Source: Verrucomicrobiota bacterium
GTDB lineage: Bacteria > Chlamydiota > Chlamydiia > Chlamydiales > SM23-39
Length of the DNA stretch: 64,000 bases
Direction: 5' to 3'
Assembly: GCA_018239895.1 (NCBI GenBank)
Contig: JAFEGL010000003.1
Location: 418,212-482,211 of the forward strand
Positions 31,228 to 40,220 of this stretch are shown here, piece after piece. The notes below the pieces were generated by a model that saw only the letters and a list, made by a program, of their open reading frames with translations, was not told the origin of the DNA and searched no databases. The stretch's first letter is position 1; every line of letters starts with the position of its first letter. The position numbers and the translations under genes are program-made.

Positions 31228-32226
31228 ATGAAAAATCTTTCTAGTGAGGAGATTGATCTCCTGAGACATAACGCAAGGTGCGTGGTGAGGGAGCTTGGGC
31301 TGCTCAATGATGCCTATTTTGAGATTGGGGTGACTTTGGCGGAAAGGCACCTTCTTATTGAGCTCGCTTCGTGGGACAGCCCTACGATGGGGGAAATCGC
31401 GGAGCGGCTGTTGCTCGATAAGTCAACTGCTAGCAGGTTGATCGGCAAGGCGATGAAGAAGGGGTATATTCAATATACTTCCGATGCGAAAGACAAGAGA
31501 AAGAAAATAATTCATATGACGGAAGTGGGGAGAAGGACTCTCGCTGCCTTTGAACCGATCGCTTTCAATCAGACTAAAGATGCCTTGAGTACGCTATCTG
31601 CTGAGGAAATCGAGCTGGTTTATAGAGGGGTCGCCCTCTACGCAAAGGGGCTGAAAAATTCCCGTTTGAAAAATAGAAAGTTGATTGAGGAGAGGGATCG
31701 TCTAGATGAGATCAATGGGAGGTGGGCCGGGTTGGGACTTGCTTTGAGGCTGTTTGCTGAAGGAGATGAAGAGAGGTTGTATGAGATCTTTCGAGAGGTA
31801 GTTGATTCGGGTAATCAATTCCCCTACGAAAGCAACTCTATTCAGGAGTTCCATCGACAGTTTTTTGGTCCAAATTCGCAGGTCTATGTGGTTCATTCGT
31901 CTGGAGGAGAGATTCTCGGCGGCTTTTTTATTAAGCCAAACTTTTCGGGCAGATCGGATCATATCGCGAATGCGGCCTATATGATCAAGAGCACGCATCG
32001 GGGGCAGGGGATTGGGACACTTTTAGCCAAAGCTTCACTGGAGATTGCTAAGGAGCTCGGATTTCAGGCTATGCAATTCAACATGGTATTTAGCCAGAAC
32101 TTCGTTGCGCTTAAACTCTATCAAAAACTGGGATTTAACATCGTTGGTACGATTCCTAGTGCAATTCGGAATCCAGATGGAAATTACCAAACAGGTTACG
32201 TTCTTCACCGCGAATTAGATATGTAA
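31228..32226 (+). CDS. MarR-type HTH regulator fused to a GNAT N-acetyltransferase
   Basis: The ATG at 31228 is preferred over the TTG at 31201. The winged-helix part is LTLAERHLLIELAS..MGEIAERLLLDKSTASRLIGKAMKKGYI. The GNAT motif A is HRGQGIGTLLAKASLEIAKELGF..LYQKLGF. Confidence 0.7.
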   Translation: MKNLSSEEIDLLRHNARCVVRELGLLNDAYFEIGVTLAERHLLIELASWDSPTMGEIAERLLLDKSTASRLIGKAMKKGYIQYTSDAKDKRKKIIHMTEVGRRTLAAFEPIAFNQTKDALSTLSAEEIELVYRGVALYAKGLKNSRLKNRKLIEERDRLDEINGRWAGLGLALRLFAEGDEERLYEIFREVVDSGNQFPYESNSIQEFHRQFFGPNSQVYVVHSSGGEILGGFFIKPNFSGRSDHIANAAYMIKSTHRGQGIGTLLAKASLEIAKELGFQAMQFNMVFSQNFVALKLYQKLGFNIVGTIPSAIRNPDGNYQTGYVLHRELDM

Positions 32227-32237
32227 GGAGTGTATTT

Positions 32238-32594
32238 ATGACAGAAGAGAAAGGGATTGTCTCAAAAGAAGAGACATTTGACAAACTAGAGATCCGCTTG
32301 GGTCGAGTGATCAGCGTAGAAGAAGAGCCTTCAGCGCCTAAAAAAGCTTATAAGCTGAAAGTTGACTTCGGCAAGTTTGGGATTAAAACCAGCGTGGGGA
32401 GATTCACCCAACATGCTGCCGAGGAGATCAAGGGCAAACTTGTGCTTGGTGTTTTGAATTTTGCTCCAAGACAGATTGGAGATGTCCTTTCAGAGGCTCT
32501 GATTTTGGGTGTTCAGTATCCGAAGGCGGACAGCGGAGAGGCTACATTCATTACCCCTTGCGCTGAAGCAAAAATCGGCGGAAAGCTGTTTTAG
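32238..32594 (+). CDS. csaA: tRNA-binding (EMAP/CsaA-type OB-fold) protein
   Basis: LEIRLGRVISVEE..KAYKLKVDFG..GKLVLGVLNFAPRQIGDVLSEALILGV. Confidence 0.75.
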   Translation: MTEEKGIVSKEETFDKLEIRLGRVISVEEEPSAPKKAYKLKVDFGKFGIKTSVGRFTQHAAEEIKGKLVLGVLNFAPRQIGDVLSEALILGVQYPKADSGEATFITPCAEAKIGGKLF

Positions 32595-32610
32595 ACCTTG
32601 CGCCCTTACG

Positions 32611-32668
32611 CCCATTTCCTGTAGCCGGACGACTACGGAAAGTGGGCGGAACTCGCGCAGCGGGGATC
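32611..32668. repeat. GC-rich palindromic intergenic element, copy C
   Basis: cccatttcc-tgtagcc-ggacg-actacgg-aaagtgggcggaactcgcgcagcggggatc. The inner stem differs from copy B by changes that preserve pairing. Confidence 0.55.
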
Positions 32669-32832
32669 TGAATATTTTCCGCACACGCGCTTGCTTTTCA
32701 TACACCTCTGGCCTACAATACTTCCTTTAATTTTTATATAAAGATTTAACTGCTTGAACCTGAAGAATTTTCTCAACTGTACGGAGAAATCGTACAGTTG
32801 AATTCAAAAGAGGAAGCAGAGGCGAGTTTTTG

Positions 32833-33585
32833 ATGAAACACATATGGATTTTCATTTTATGTTTAGGTTCAGCGTTGGCGGCAAAAGAAGAGGGGGCTGT
32901 AGTGCAGTTTAAATTTGTTGAGTTGACGCATTTGCTGACTCCTGAGGTGCCCACTTGGAACGGCTCTTGCGGGTTTTGTATGGAAGTAAAAGGGGATTAC
33001 GACAAGATGTTTCGGGTCCAGCAGATCAAGATGCATGCTGGAGTGGGAACTCATATGGACGCTCCTTCTCACTGCATCCCCGGAGCGGACTCAATTGGGG
33101 ATATTCCTCTTGAAAAGCTGGTTGTTCCCGCCTGTGTGATCGATGTCTCGGCAAAGGCTGGCGCCGACTATGAAGTGTCGGTTGAGGATGTTGAAGAATA
33201 CGAGAAGAGGCATGGGCGGCTGCCTTCGGGGAGCCTAGTCATAGCGCATACTGGGTGGGGGCGCTTCTGGTCTGATCGGGAGGCTTATCGAAATGTGGAT
33301 GCGGAGGGACAGATGCATTTCCCTGCTTTTTCTGGGGAAGCGGCGGAATTTTTGCTTACGAGAGATATTGCCGGGATAGCCATCGACACTCTTTCTCCCG
33401 ATTGCTTGGATTTGAACTATCCAGTGCACAAGGCGATTTTGGGGGCTGGGAAATACATCATTGAAAATATCGCAAACTGCTCTCAAATTCCAGCGAGCGG
33501 AAGCTATGTTATTGCCCTTCCTCTGAGAATTGAGGGGGCAACGGAAGCTCCTGTTCGGATCGTTGGCATTAGCGGCAGTATTTGA
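32833..33585 (+). CDS. Secreted cyclase-family protein (arylformamidase/kynurenine formamidase-like)
   Basis: Signal peptide MKHIWIFILCLGSALA. The metal-site motif HAGVGTHMDAPSHC matches HxGTHxDxPxH of the putative-cyclase family. Confidence 0.7.
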   Translation: MKHIWIFILCLGSALAAKEEGAVVQFKFVELTHLLTPEVPTWNGSCGFCMEVKGDYDKMFRVQQIKMHAGVGTHMDAPSHCIPGADSIGDIPLEKLVVPACVIDVSAKAGADYEVSVEDVEEYEKRHGRLPSGSLVIAHTGWGRFWSDREAYRNVDAEGQMHFPAFSGEAAEFLLTRDIAGIAIDTLSPDCLDLNYPVHKAILGAGKYIIENIANCSQIPASGSYVIALPLRIEGATEAPVRIVGISGSI

Positions 33586-34903
33586 GGACTCGGACCCCTG
33601 CGAGGAGGAAGAGGAAGGAAAAGAGGAGATTGACGGTGGTCATCGTGTGAAAGGCGGTTATGAAGGAGTGCCTTTCAATCAGATGGAAAATGGCGCTGCT
33701 GACGGCCAGGAAGATTGAGCCTGTGATGTTCCAGAAAGTGAAGACAGATCCGATCGCTTCGCCCACTTTTGAGGGGTTGGCCGCGTGGGTGACTCCCGCG
33801 ATGACTCCTGTATTGATCGTTCCCCAATTGAGTCCAAGGAGGAAAAAGGGGACGAGGAGGCAGAGGAGGGGGGTGGAGGGGCCAATGAAGCGGTGGGTGA
33901 GTGTAGAGAGGAAGGCGAGTCCGATCGAAATCAGTTGATACTTTGCTACGCCCACGAGTTTTAGGAGGCGGTTGAAGATGAAAGAGACGGCCACTTGTCC
34001 AATAGGGATCGCCGTGATCATGAGGCCAATTTCATAGGCGGAGAGATGGCGGAGCGTCCGGAGATAGAGGGGGTCGAAAAACATGTAGACGACGGTCCCG
34101 AATCCTGCGGAGACGCTCAGGATGCAGAGGAGGATGAGGGGGTTTTTGAAGATGGAGATGTCGAGCAGCGGCATTTTGCTTTTTCTTTCGGAGAGGAAGA
34201 AGTAGGTCAGGAGGAATAGGCCGAGGAGGAGATAGGCCCAGAAAAATGGGGTTCTATTGGCCGCTTCGATGATTCCGTAGATTAGAGTGCCTAAGCCTGC
34301 GATGAGGAGGGTGAGCCCTTTCTTGTCGATTTTGAGGTTGGGCTTTGTGTGTGGGTTGAGTTTTAGACAGAGGGCGCAACAGGTGTAGCCGATGACGATC
34401 AGTGGGAGATTCACCCAAAATACCCATCGCCAGCCGAGCCATCCGACGAGGAATCCGCCGAGGACGGGGCCGATGGCGAGTCCGAGCCCTGTGATTCCTG
34501 TGTAGATGCCAGTCGCACGGCCGTGTTCGTCCTTTTCAAATGCTTCTGAAATGAGAGAGACGGAAGAGACGAAGAGGATCGATCCGCCCAGACCTTGTAC
34601 GGCTCGGAAAAGGATCAAGTAGCCGATCGAGGGGCTCAGTCCTGCGCCGATGGCGCCAAGTGCAAAAATGGCCACGCCAGAATAGAAGACGAGTTTTCGC
34701 CCATGAATATCGGCAAAGCGGCCCGCTGCGACCATCGTCATGGCGAGAAGGAGGATGAAGATATTTGTGATCCACTGGAGCTCGAGAATCGTCGCTCCAA
34801 AGTCAGATTGGATGAAGGGGAGGGCTGTATTGACGATCGTCACGTCTAAAAATGCGGTGAAAGCAAGGAGCGAAATTCCGACGAGAGCGATCCATCTTTT
34901 CAT
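33569..34903 (-). CDS. MFS transporter, DHA2 (EmrB/QacA-like, 14-TM) type
   Basis: N-terminus FLDVTIVNTALPFIQSDF, motif A-like GRFADIHGRK, and many TM segments. The start is uncertain (ATG at 34903, 34915 or 34939). Confidence 0.8.
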   Translation of the reverse strand: MKRWIALVGISLLAFTAFLDVTIVNTALPFIQSDFGATILELQWITNIFILLLAMTMVAAGRFADIHGRKLVFYSGVAIFALGAIGAGLSPSIGYLILFRAVQGLGGSILFVSSVSLISEAFEKDEHGRATGIYTGITGLGLAIGPVLGGFLVGWLGWRWVFWVNLPLIVIGYTCCALCLKLNPHTKPNLKIDKKGLTLLIAGLGTLIYGIIEAANRTPFFWAYLLLGLFLLTYFFLSERKSKMPLLDISIFKNPLILLCILSVSAGFGTVVYMFFDPLYLRTLRHLSAYEIGLMITAIPIGQVAVSFIFNRLLKLVGVAKYQLISIGLAFLSTLTHRFIGPSTPLLCLLVPFFLLGLNWGTINTGVIAGVTHAANPSKVGEAIGSVFTFWNITGSIFLAVSSAIFHLIERHSFITAFHTMTTVNLLFSFLFLLAGVRVLKYCR

Positions 34904-34970
34904 AATTTTAGCCATACCTAAATGGGGAAATAGATACAATGCTTTGTACTTTTTGTCGGGGGCGTGAGGA

Positions 34971-35762
34971 ATGAAGAAGTGGATCTGGATGTTTCTGGCA
35001 GTTTTGATTCATGTAGAAGGGGGAGAAATGGGCTATGTACGCGATAGAGTGACTCCACCCGATTTTTCTTCAGTGCCGGCATGTTCAGGGAAAGTGATTG
35101 GAGGCGATTCTCCTTTTGTGAAGCATGTTCAAGAGAGTATCAGGCTGGCATCGGAAGAGGAGGGAAAGCTCTCCGCCGGAGTTCTCGGCATTGATGGGAT
35201 GACGAGCGCGAAGGGGCGATTTTTACTCAATCACATCTGCTCGCTGGAAAATACGGTCTATTTTGAAGTGGGCTCTTGGAAAGGGTCGTCGTTCGTCTCG
35301 GCTTTGTATGGGAACCAAGGGATTCGACAGGGATATGCGGTAGAGAAGTGGGTCCGCTACGCAGACAATGGATTTGATTTTGGCAATGTGCGGGATGAGT
35401 TTTTTGGCAATGTGGACTCATTTTTGAAGGGGTTGCCGCTGAAGGTGTATGAGCAAGATTGCTTTTCTTTGGATTTGGAAGAGGTCTCGGAGAAAGTTAC
35501 CGTCTATTTTTATGATGGGGAACATCGGGAATGGGATCAAAAGCAAGCATTTCTCTATTTCGATGGGATTCTTGCCGATGAGTTCATCGCTGTTGTAGAT
35601 GATTGGAACTGGGAAAGCACAAGGAGAGGGACTTTTGAGGCTTTTGAGGAGCTGGGCTATGAGGTCCTTTTCGAGCAATATCTCCCCGCTAATTTTGATG
35701 GCGATCTGGAAAATTGGTGGAATGGCATTTATGTCGCTGTGATCCGAAAAGGGCCTGTATGA
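34971..35762 (+). CDS. Signal-peptide protein with a class I SAM-methyltransferase-like fold (Methyltransf_24-like, tentative)
   Basis: MKKWIWMFLAVLIHVEG, VYFEVGSWKGSSFVSAL, VYFYDGEHREWDQ and AVVDDWNW resemble the FxExGxxxG / DGDH / DD pattern of that family. Confidence 0.45.
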   Translation: MKKWIWMFLAVLIHVEGGEMGYVRDRVTPPDFSSVPACSGKVIGGDSPFVKHVQESIRLASEEEGKLSAGVLGIDGMTSAKGRFLLNHICSLENTVYFEVGSWKGSSFVSALYGNQGIRQGYAVEKWVRYADNGFDFGNVRDEFFGNVDSFLKGLPLKVYEQDCFSLDLEEVSEKVTVYFYDGEHREWDQKQAFLYFDGILADEFIAVVDDWNWESTRRGTFEAFEELGYEVLFEQYLPANFDGDLENWWNGIYVAVIRKGPV

Positions 35763-36715
35763 AGAAGTGGGCCTTGATGGGGGTATTGGCTTGGAGTGTT
35801 TTAGGGGCCGATGTCAATTTGAGAGATGGGCCTTGGCTCACAGGGCCTCTGATCGCCCCGATCGGCACGGCGGTCCCTTATGGAGATTTCGTCGTTCAAT
35901 CGTATGTATATTTTACGGCCAACACGGGCGCTTACAATAGACATTGGGATTCTGTTTCGGTCGAGGATAATTTCTATTCTCTCAATTTGAAGTTTTTGTG
36001 TTTTTTCGGGATCACTCCCTGGTGCGATCTAAATGTGGTGCCTCAAGTTCTTTACAACAGGGTCTCCAATGAGCACTCGTTGCAGGTTGGCGATTTGACG
36101 GTGGGATTGGATTTTCAGCTGATGGAGCCAGATCTCACGCCCTATTTTCCGGGGATCAAATTTGCTGTCCGGGAGATTTTTCCTGTCGGAAATTATCGGT
36201 TCTTGCGGGCGAGAAAGATGGGGGCCGATCTGTCGGGCGCAGGGACCTTTGCGACGCAGTTCGATCTGGTTTTTTATAAGGAATTTCATTTGTACGATGT
36301 CCACTGGCTGAGCTTGACTGCGAGCGGGCAATACACGGTCAACACGCCCGTGAATGTCTATGGATTTAACGCGTATGGGGGCGGGTTCGGGACGAAGGGA
36401 GTTGTGAACCCGGGCAATAGCCTTCAAGGTGTCGTGAGTTTTGAGTACACATTGAGCAAAAATTGGGCGTTGGCACTCGACAATATCTACACGTACACGG
36501 ACGGCTCTCAATTTTTCGGGACGCCAGGGATCACCTTTGGCGGCGTGTATGCGACGACGGGGAAGCCTTGCGCGGTTCAATTTAGTTTTGCTCCCGCAAT
36601 CGAATATAATTTTGATAGTCATTTGGGGATCATTGCAGGGTGCTGGTTTACTGCGGCGGGGAAAAATAGCGCTCACTTTCAGAGCGGAGTCGTGAATGTG
36701 GAATATACGTATTAA
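35759..36715 (+). CDS. Outer-membrane beta-barrel protein, paralogue 1 of a three-member family in this window
   Basis: Start at the ATG overlapping the upstream stop (ATGA). Signal peptide MKKWALMGVLAWSVLGA. PWLTGPLIAP and FAPAIEYNF..VNVEYTY are shared with the genes at 62089 and 63101. Aromatic C-terminus. Confidence 0.75.
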   Translation: MKKWALMGVLAWSVLGADVNLRDGPWLTGPLIAPIGTAVPYGDFVVQSYVYFTANTGAYNRHWDSVSVEDNFYSLNLKFLCFFGITPWCDLNVVPQVLYNRVSNEHSLQVGDLTVGLDFQLMEPDLTPYFPGIKFAVREIFPVGNYRFLRARKMGADLSGAGTFATQFDLVFYKEFHLYDVHWLSLTASGQYTVNTPVNVYGFNAYGGGFGTKGVVNPGNSLQGVVSFEYTLSKNWALALDNIYTYTDGSQFFGTPGITFGGVYATTGKPCAVQFSFAPAIEYNFDSHLGIIAGCWFTAAGKNSAHFQSGVVNVEYTY

Positions 36716-37727
36716 ATTCATCCTGGCTTGGTGCCTGTGTATTTTGGGAGTTCAAGCAGGGCAGAGCGAAGTGGATGCGATTTTTGAGAGGCTCCTTTCG
36801 AATGCTGGGATGGTCGAAGATCGGCAAATCAAAATTCCCGGATATCCAAATGCATATAATCCGTCGATCGTCCCCTACAAAGGGGGGTATCTCCTTTCGT
36901 TCCGGTTTAGGAGCAATTATCCCGATAAATATAGGGATCAGTACCGGACAGATCTCTCGTTCATCGGACTTGTGCGGCTCGATAAAAAGTTTAGGGTCGC
37001 CGAGAAGACAATTCAGCTGCTGAATGTCATGTCCTTTTCGCCTAGATTTTCCTTGAGCGCAGAGGATGCGCGGCTGATGAAAATCGGCGATAAAGTTTAT
37101 ATCTTTTTTAATGATTTGCCTTTTTCGCAGATTCTGGGCCACTTTGCGATGTATTTTGGCGAATTGGTGGAGGAGCGGGAAGGGTTTGTCATGAAAGAGC
37201 GGGCCAAGCTGCTCACCTATGCTCATTCGGTCGCGCTCGAAAAAAATTGGAGCCCTTTTGTTTCTGGCGATCGGCTCTACGTGATCTACTCCGATCAGCC
37301 TCGGGTGATTTTAGAGGTCGATTTGGATACGGGGTACTGTAATGAGGTAGCCCGAACGAGGACGAATTGGAACTGGGACCATGGCGGCATCCGGGGCGGG
37401 ACGCCCGCTTATCTTGTCGATGGGAAATTTTTAACCTTCTTCCACTCGAGCTTCGCTGCCAAGATCCCGAAAGGGAGAGCTTATGTGATGGGGGCCTACA
37501 CGTTCGACGCAGAGCCCCCTTTTACGGTTCGGAGGATCACACCACGCCCTCTAGGCCAGGTCATCGATTACACGGAAGACAACGCTCCGAAAGTGGTCTA
37601 TCCTGGCGGGATGGTTATCGAGGACCGGTACATCCATGTGGCGAGGGGGAAGGCCGATAGTAAAATATTCATCACCACATTCGACAAAGAGGCCCTCTTC
37701 TCTTCCATGGAACCTTGCTCTGAATAG
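36696..37727 (+). CDS. Secreted beta-propeller-like protein, GH130/DUF377-type glycoside phosphorylase or glycosyltransferase-like (tentative)
   Basis: Signal peptide. AYNPSIVPYKGGYLLSFRFRS, EKNWSPF, GGIRGGTP and VYPGGMVIEDRYIHVARGKADS form a blade-like periodic pattern. The family call is from memory only. Confidence 0.4.
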   Translation: MWNIRIKFILAWCLCILGVQAGQSEVDAIFERLLSNAGMVEDRQIKIPGYPNAYNPSIVPYKGGYLLSFRFRSNYPDKYRDQYRTDLSFIGLVRLDKKFRVAEKTIQLLNVMSFSPRFSLSAEDARLMKIGDKVYIFFNDLPFSQILGHFAMYFGELVEEREGFVMKERAKLLTYAHSVALEKNWSPFVSGDRLYVIYSDQPRVILEVDLDTGYCNEVARTRTNWNWDHGGIRGGTPAYLVDGKFLTFFHSSFAAKIPKGRAYVMGAYTFDAEPPFTVRRITPRPLGQVIDYTEDNAPKVVYPGGMVIEDRYIHVARGKADSKIFITTFDKEALFSSMEPCSE

Positions 37728-37742
37728 CTCATTAGAGATAAA

Positions 37743-38678
37743 ATGCTTCCTTTAAAAAGGAATTTTTTTATGACGCCGCTTGCGCTCTCTAGAAAGCCCG
37801 ACTCTCTGTATTACCAAGTAGAAGATAGACGGGATTGCAGAACGACCTGTCACCACCGGGCGCTCGCTTGCTTGAGGCACCTGCGCTACGTCGGTACTTG
37901 GGCCCGGCGGATGGTTTGTCCCGATCAAGATCTGGGTATCAGCGCCGTTTCCAATCGGACGGGCAAATATGAGTTGAGAAAACTCCCCTGGAACTCGGCC
38001 GAGGCGCAAGAGAGCCGGGGCCTTTGCCTCATGATTCACGGTCTGAACTCTTCGCCCAAACAGTGGGAATCGTACACTCGGCAGTTTCGAAAAGAATTCC
38101 CGAATGCCCATCTCGTGGTTGGCTCTGTGCACAAAGCTGGGAATTGTTCGTTGCAAGATGCCGCGAACCCGTTTGTTGAATTGGTCGAAAATTATATGGA
38201 AAAATGCCCGGGAAAACCGATCGTATTCATTGGAACATCGAATGGAGCGCGGGTCGCTGCGGATGTTGAGTCAAGGGTGAATCCGGAGGGACTAAAGAGT
38301 TTGACCTCTTTCTCCGTTGCAGGGGTCCTTGGAGGATCGAAAGTGGTGGATTGGGCCCACAAATTCTGTCGTTGCCTCAGCCGGCTGCACCATCCAGCGA
38401 TTAAAAGAGATCTCTCCTCGATGAGCCAAGAGAGCCAAGCGTTAGTCTCGGCGTTGCAGCAGAGACAGGTGGTTTGGAAAAGGCAAGGGGCAGAAGTATC
38501 CCACTATTTTATCGCTACGACCGAAGATGAGAAGGTGAGGCCTTTAGATAGCAGTTTGCCTTATCTCGAGGGGACGCCAAAAGAAAATTATTGGATCGAA
38601 GTGGGTGAGAGCCACGAGACGATTGTGGACGCGGTTCAAGAGAAAATTTTCCAGATCATGAGACCTATCTTGAGGTAA
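37743..38678 (+). CDS. Alpha/beta-hydrolase (lipase/esterase, DUF676-like)
   Basis: LCLMIHGLNSSPKQW and nucleophile elbow FIGTSNGARV (GxSxG). The start codon is uncertain. Confidence 0.6.
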   Translation: MLPLKRNFFMTPLALSRKPDSLYYQVEDRRDCRTTCHHRALACLRHLRYVGTWARRMVCPDQDLGISAVSNRTGKYELRKLPWNSAEAQESRGLCLMIHGLNSSPKQWESYTRQFRKEFPNAHLVVGSVHKAGNCSLQDAANPFVELVENYMEKCPGKPIVFIGTSNGARVAADVESRVNPEGLKSLTSFSVAGVLGGSKVVDWAHKFCRCLSRLHHPAIKRDLSSMSQESQALVSALQQRQVVWKRQGAEVSHYFIATTEDEKVRPLDSSLPYLEGTPKENYWIEVGESHETIVDAVQEKIFQIMRPILR

Positions 38679-38679
38679 A

Positions 38680-38997
38680 ATGGATTGGGTGGCTCTTTTT
38701 GCAGCGGGGCTGTTTGAGATTGTTTGGGCCGTTGGCTTGAAGTATACTGAAGGGTTTACCAAACTGGCCCCGAGCCTCATCACGGGAGCTGCAATGGCAA
38801 TCAGCTTTTTTTTGCTCAGCTACGCTCTTCGGACGATTCCTATCGGCACCGGCTACGCCGTCTGGACGGGAATTGGCGCTTGCGGCACATTGCTTTTCGG
38901 AATGGTTTATTTGGGCGAATCGAGAGATGCACTTCGGATCGGTTGCGTTCTCGTCATTGTCGCTTGCATGGTCGTGTTGAAAATAGCGAATAAATGA
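38680..38997 (+). CDS. sugE: SMR-family exporter, SugE/Gdx type
   Basis: MDWVALFAAGLFEIVWAVGLKYTEGF with the conserved Glu in TM1, and GTGYAVWTGIGA. Confidence 0.85.
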   Translation: MDWVALFAAGLFEIVWAVGLKYTEGFTKLAPSLITGAAMAISFFLLSYALRTIPIGTGYAVWTGIGACGTLLFGMVYLGESRDALRIGCVLVIVACMVVLKIANK

Positions 38998-40169
38998 AGA
39001 ATTTCTTCAAGAGTCGAAGCGCGCAGATTTTTCTCGTTTTGGCTCTTTATTTTGCAGCGTCAGGGATGCTCCCTGATGAAATCCCCCGCGGACTTTATGC
39101 AGCAAGTTTGACGATTAAAAATCTCCTTCTCTGGATGCTCCCCGTTACGGTCGGGTTGTTTATCGCTCACGCAATCGCTTCATTTGAGAAGCGGGCCCCC
39201 TTTTTTATTTTGACCCTTTTCTGTTTTGAGGCGGCTTCGAACTTTCTCAGCGTCTGGTACTCGTACGGGTGTGGCCAAATGGCGGCCCATTCCTTGGGGA
39301 CATTTTCTTCGGGACAAATCGTAGACAATTTTGCTCCTCTGTGGCGCCTCGGATGGGAGAGGCCTGCCTGGTGGTCGGCTGAGAAGGGGACTTTTGCTGG
39401 GATCGGATTGGGGCTGATCGGAGCTTTTGGGGCAAGGGGCGTTGGACAGGCTGTCAGGAGAGGCAAAGAGATCACCGAGAAAATTTTGACCAACTTCTTT
39501 TCAAAACTGATTCCTCTCTTTGTTCTGGGATTTGTGGCGAAAATGGGCAAAACCGAGCTTCTTGGCCAGATGTTTGTCCAATATGCAGATTTTCTCGTTT
39601 GGCTGGCGGTTATTTTAGCCAGTTACATCGGTATGATTTTTCTGGTCGGGAGCGGATTTTCGATGAGGGAATTTATTAGGAGTGTTAAAAATCTCCTCCC
39701 TGCTGGTGGAATCGCCTTCAGCTCCGGGTGCAGCTTGTCGACGATGCCTTGGACGATCGAGGGGAGTGGAAAAAATTTACAAAATCCTGAGTTGGCCAAA
39801 GCCGTCATTCCTGCGACGACGAATATCCAACAAATCGGCGATTGCATCGCCAATTCATTCTTATGCTTTTTGATCTATTTGCATTTCAACGGGGAGAGCC
39901 CGCCGCTCGCTGTTTGGATCCCCTTTAGCTTGGTGTTTGTGCTGGCCCGCTTCGCTACGGCGGCAGTTCTCGGCGGGGCGATTTTCATCATGCTCCCAAT
40001 CTACGAGTCGTATCTCGGCTTTAGTTCTGAGATGATAGCAATTATTTTAGCGTTCAACGTCATTTTGGATCCTCTGATCACCTGTGCCAATGTCGTAGCA
40101 AACGGCGGGCTCTGCCGGGTCTTCGAACGGGTTTGGAGAGCCGTCTCTTGGAATTATATGCGCTCTTGA
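38994..40169 (+). CDS. Dicarboxylate/amino acid:cation symporter (DAACS) family transporter
   Basis: Polytopic. The reentrant-loop-like motifs FSSGCSLSTMPWT and PATTNIQQIGDC are in the positions of SSSAATLP and NMDG-type motifs. ATGA overlap with sugE. Confidence 0.6.
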   Translation: MKNFFKSRSAQIFLVLALYFAASGMLPDEIPRGLYAASLTIKNLLLWMLPVTVGLFIAHAIASFEKRAPFFILTLFCFEAASNFLSVWYSYGCGQMAAHSLGTFSSGQIVDNFAPLWRLGWERPAWWSAEKGTFAGIGLGLIGAFGARGVGQAVRRGKEITEKILTNFFSKLIPLFVLGFVAKMGKTELLGQMFVQYADFLVWLAVILASYIGMIFLVGSGFSMREFIRSVKNLLPAGGIAFSSGCSLSTMPWTIEGSGKNLQNPELAKAVIPATTNIQQIGDCIANSFLCFLIYLHFNGESPPLAVWIPFSLVFVLARFATAAVLGGAIFIMLPIYESYLGFSSEMIAIILAFNVILDPLITCANVVANGGLCRVFERVWRAVSWNYMRS

Positions 40170-40208
40170 CCTCAATTGTTTGCGTCAATATCATTTGCAT
40201 GCAAACAA
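40166..40208 (+). promoter_or_regulatory. Candidate promoter with nested palindromes (likely MarR operator) for the SRPBCC-MarR-thioesterase unit
   Basis: ttgacc (40166-40171), a 17-nt spacer, then tatcat (40189-40194). The perfect palindrome tttgcatgcaaa (40194-40205) is nested in ttgtttgc...gcaaacaa (40178-40208). ggagg lies 7 nt before the ATG at 40221. Confidence 0.5.
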
Positions 40209-40220
40209 CTGGAGGCTCTG

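Noticed and set aside
36029-37226. Two long minus-strand ORFs (230 and 192 aa) antisense to the OMP and beta-propeller genes.
   Set aside because: The translations are Arg/Pro/His/Ile-rich and show no motifs. The plus-strand genes have signal peptides, paralogues and conserved motifs. These are typical shadow ORFs in GC-rich coding DNA.
38676-38682. Possible guanidine riboswitch upstream of the SugE/Gdx-type exporter.
   Set aside because: Only 1 nt separates the upstream stop codon from the sugE ATG, so there is no room for a riboswitch.
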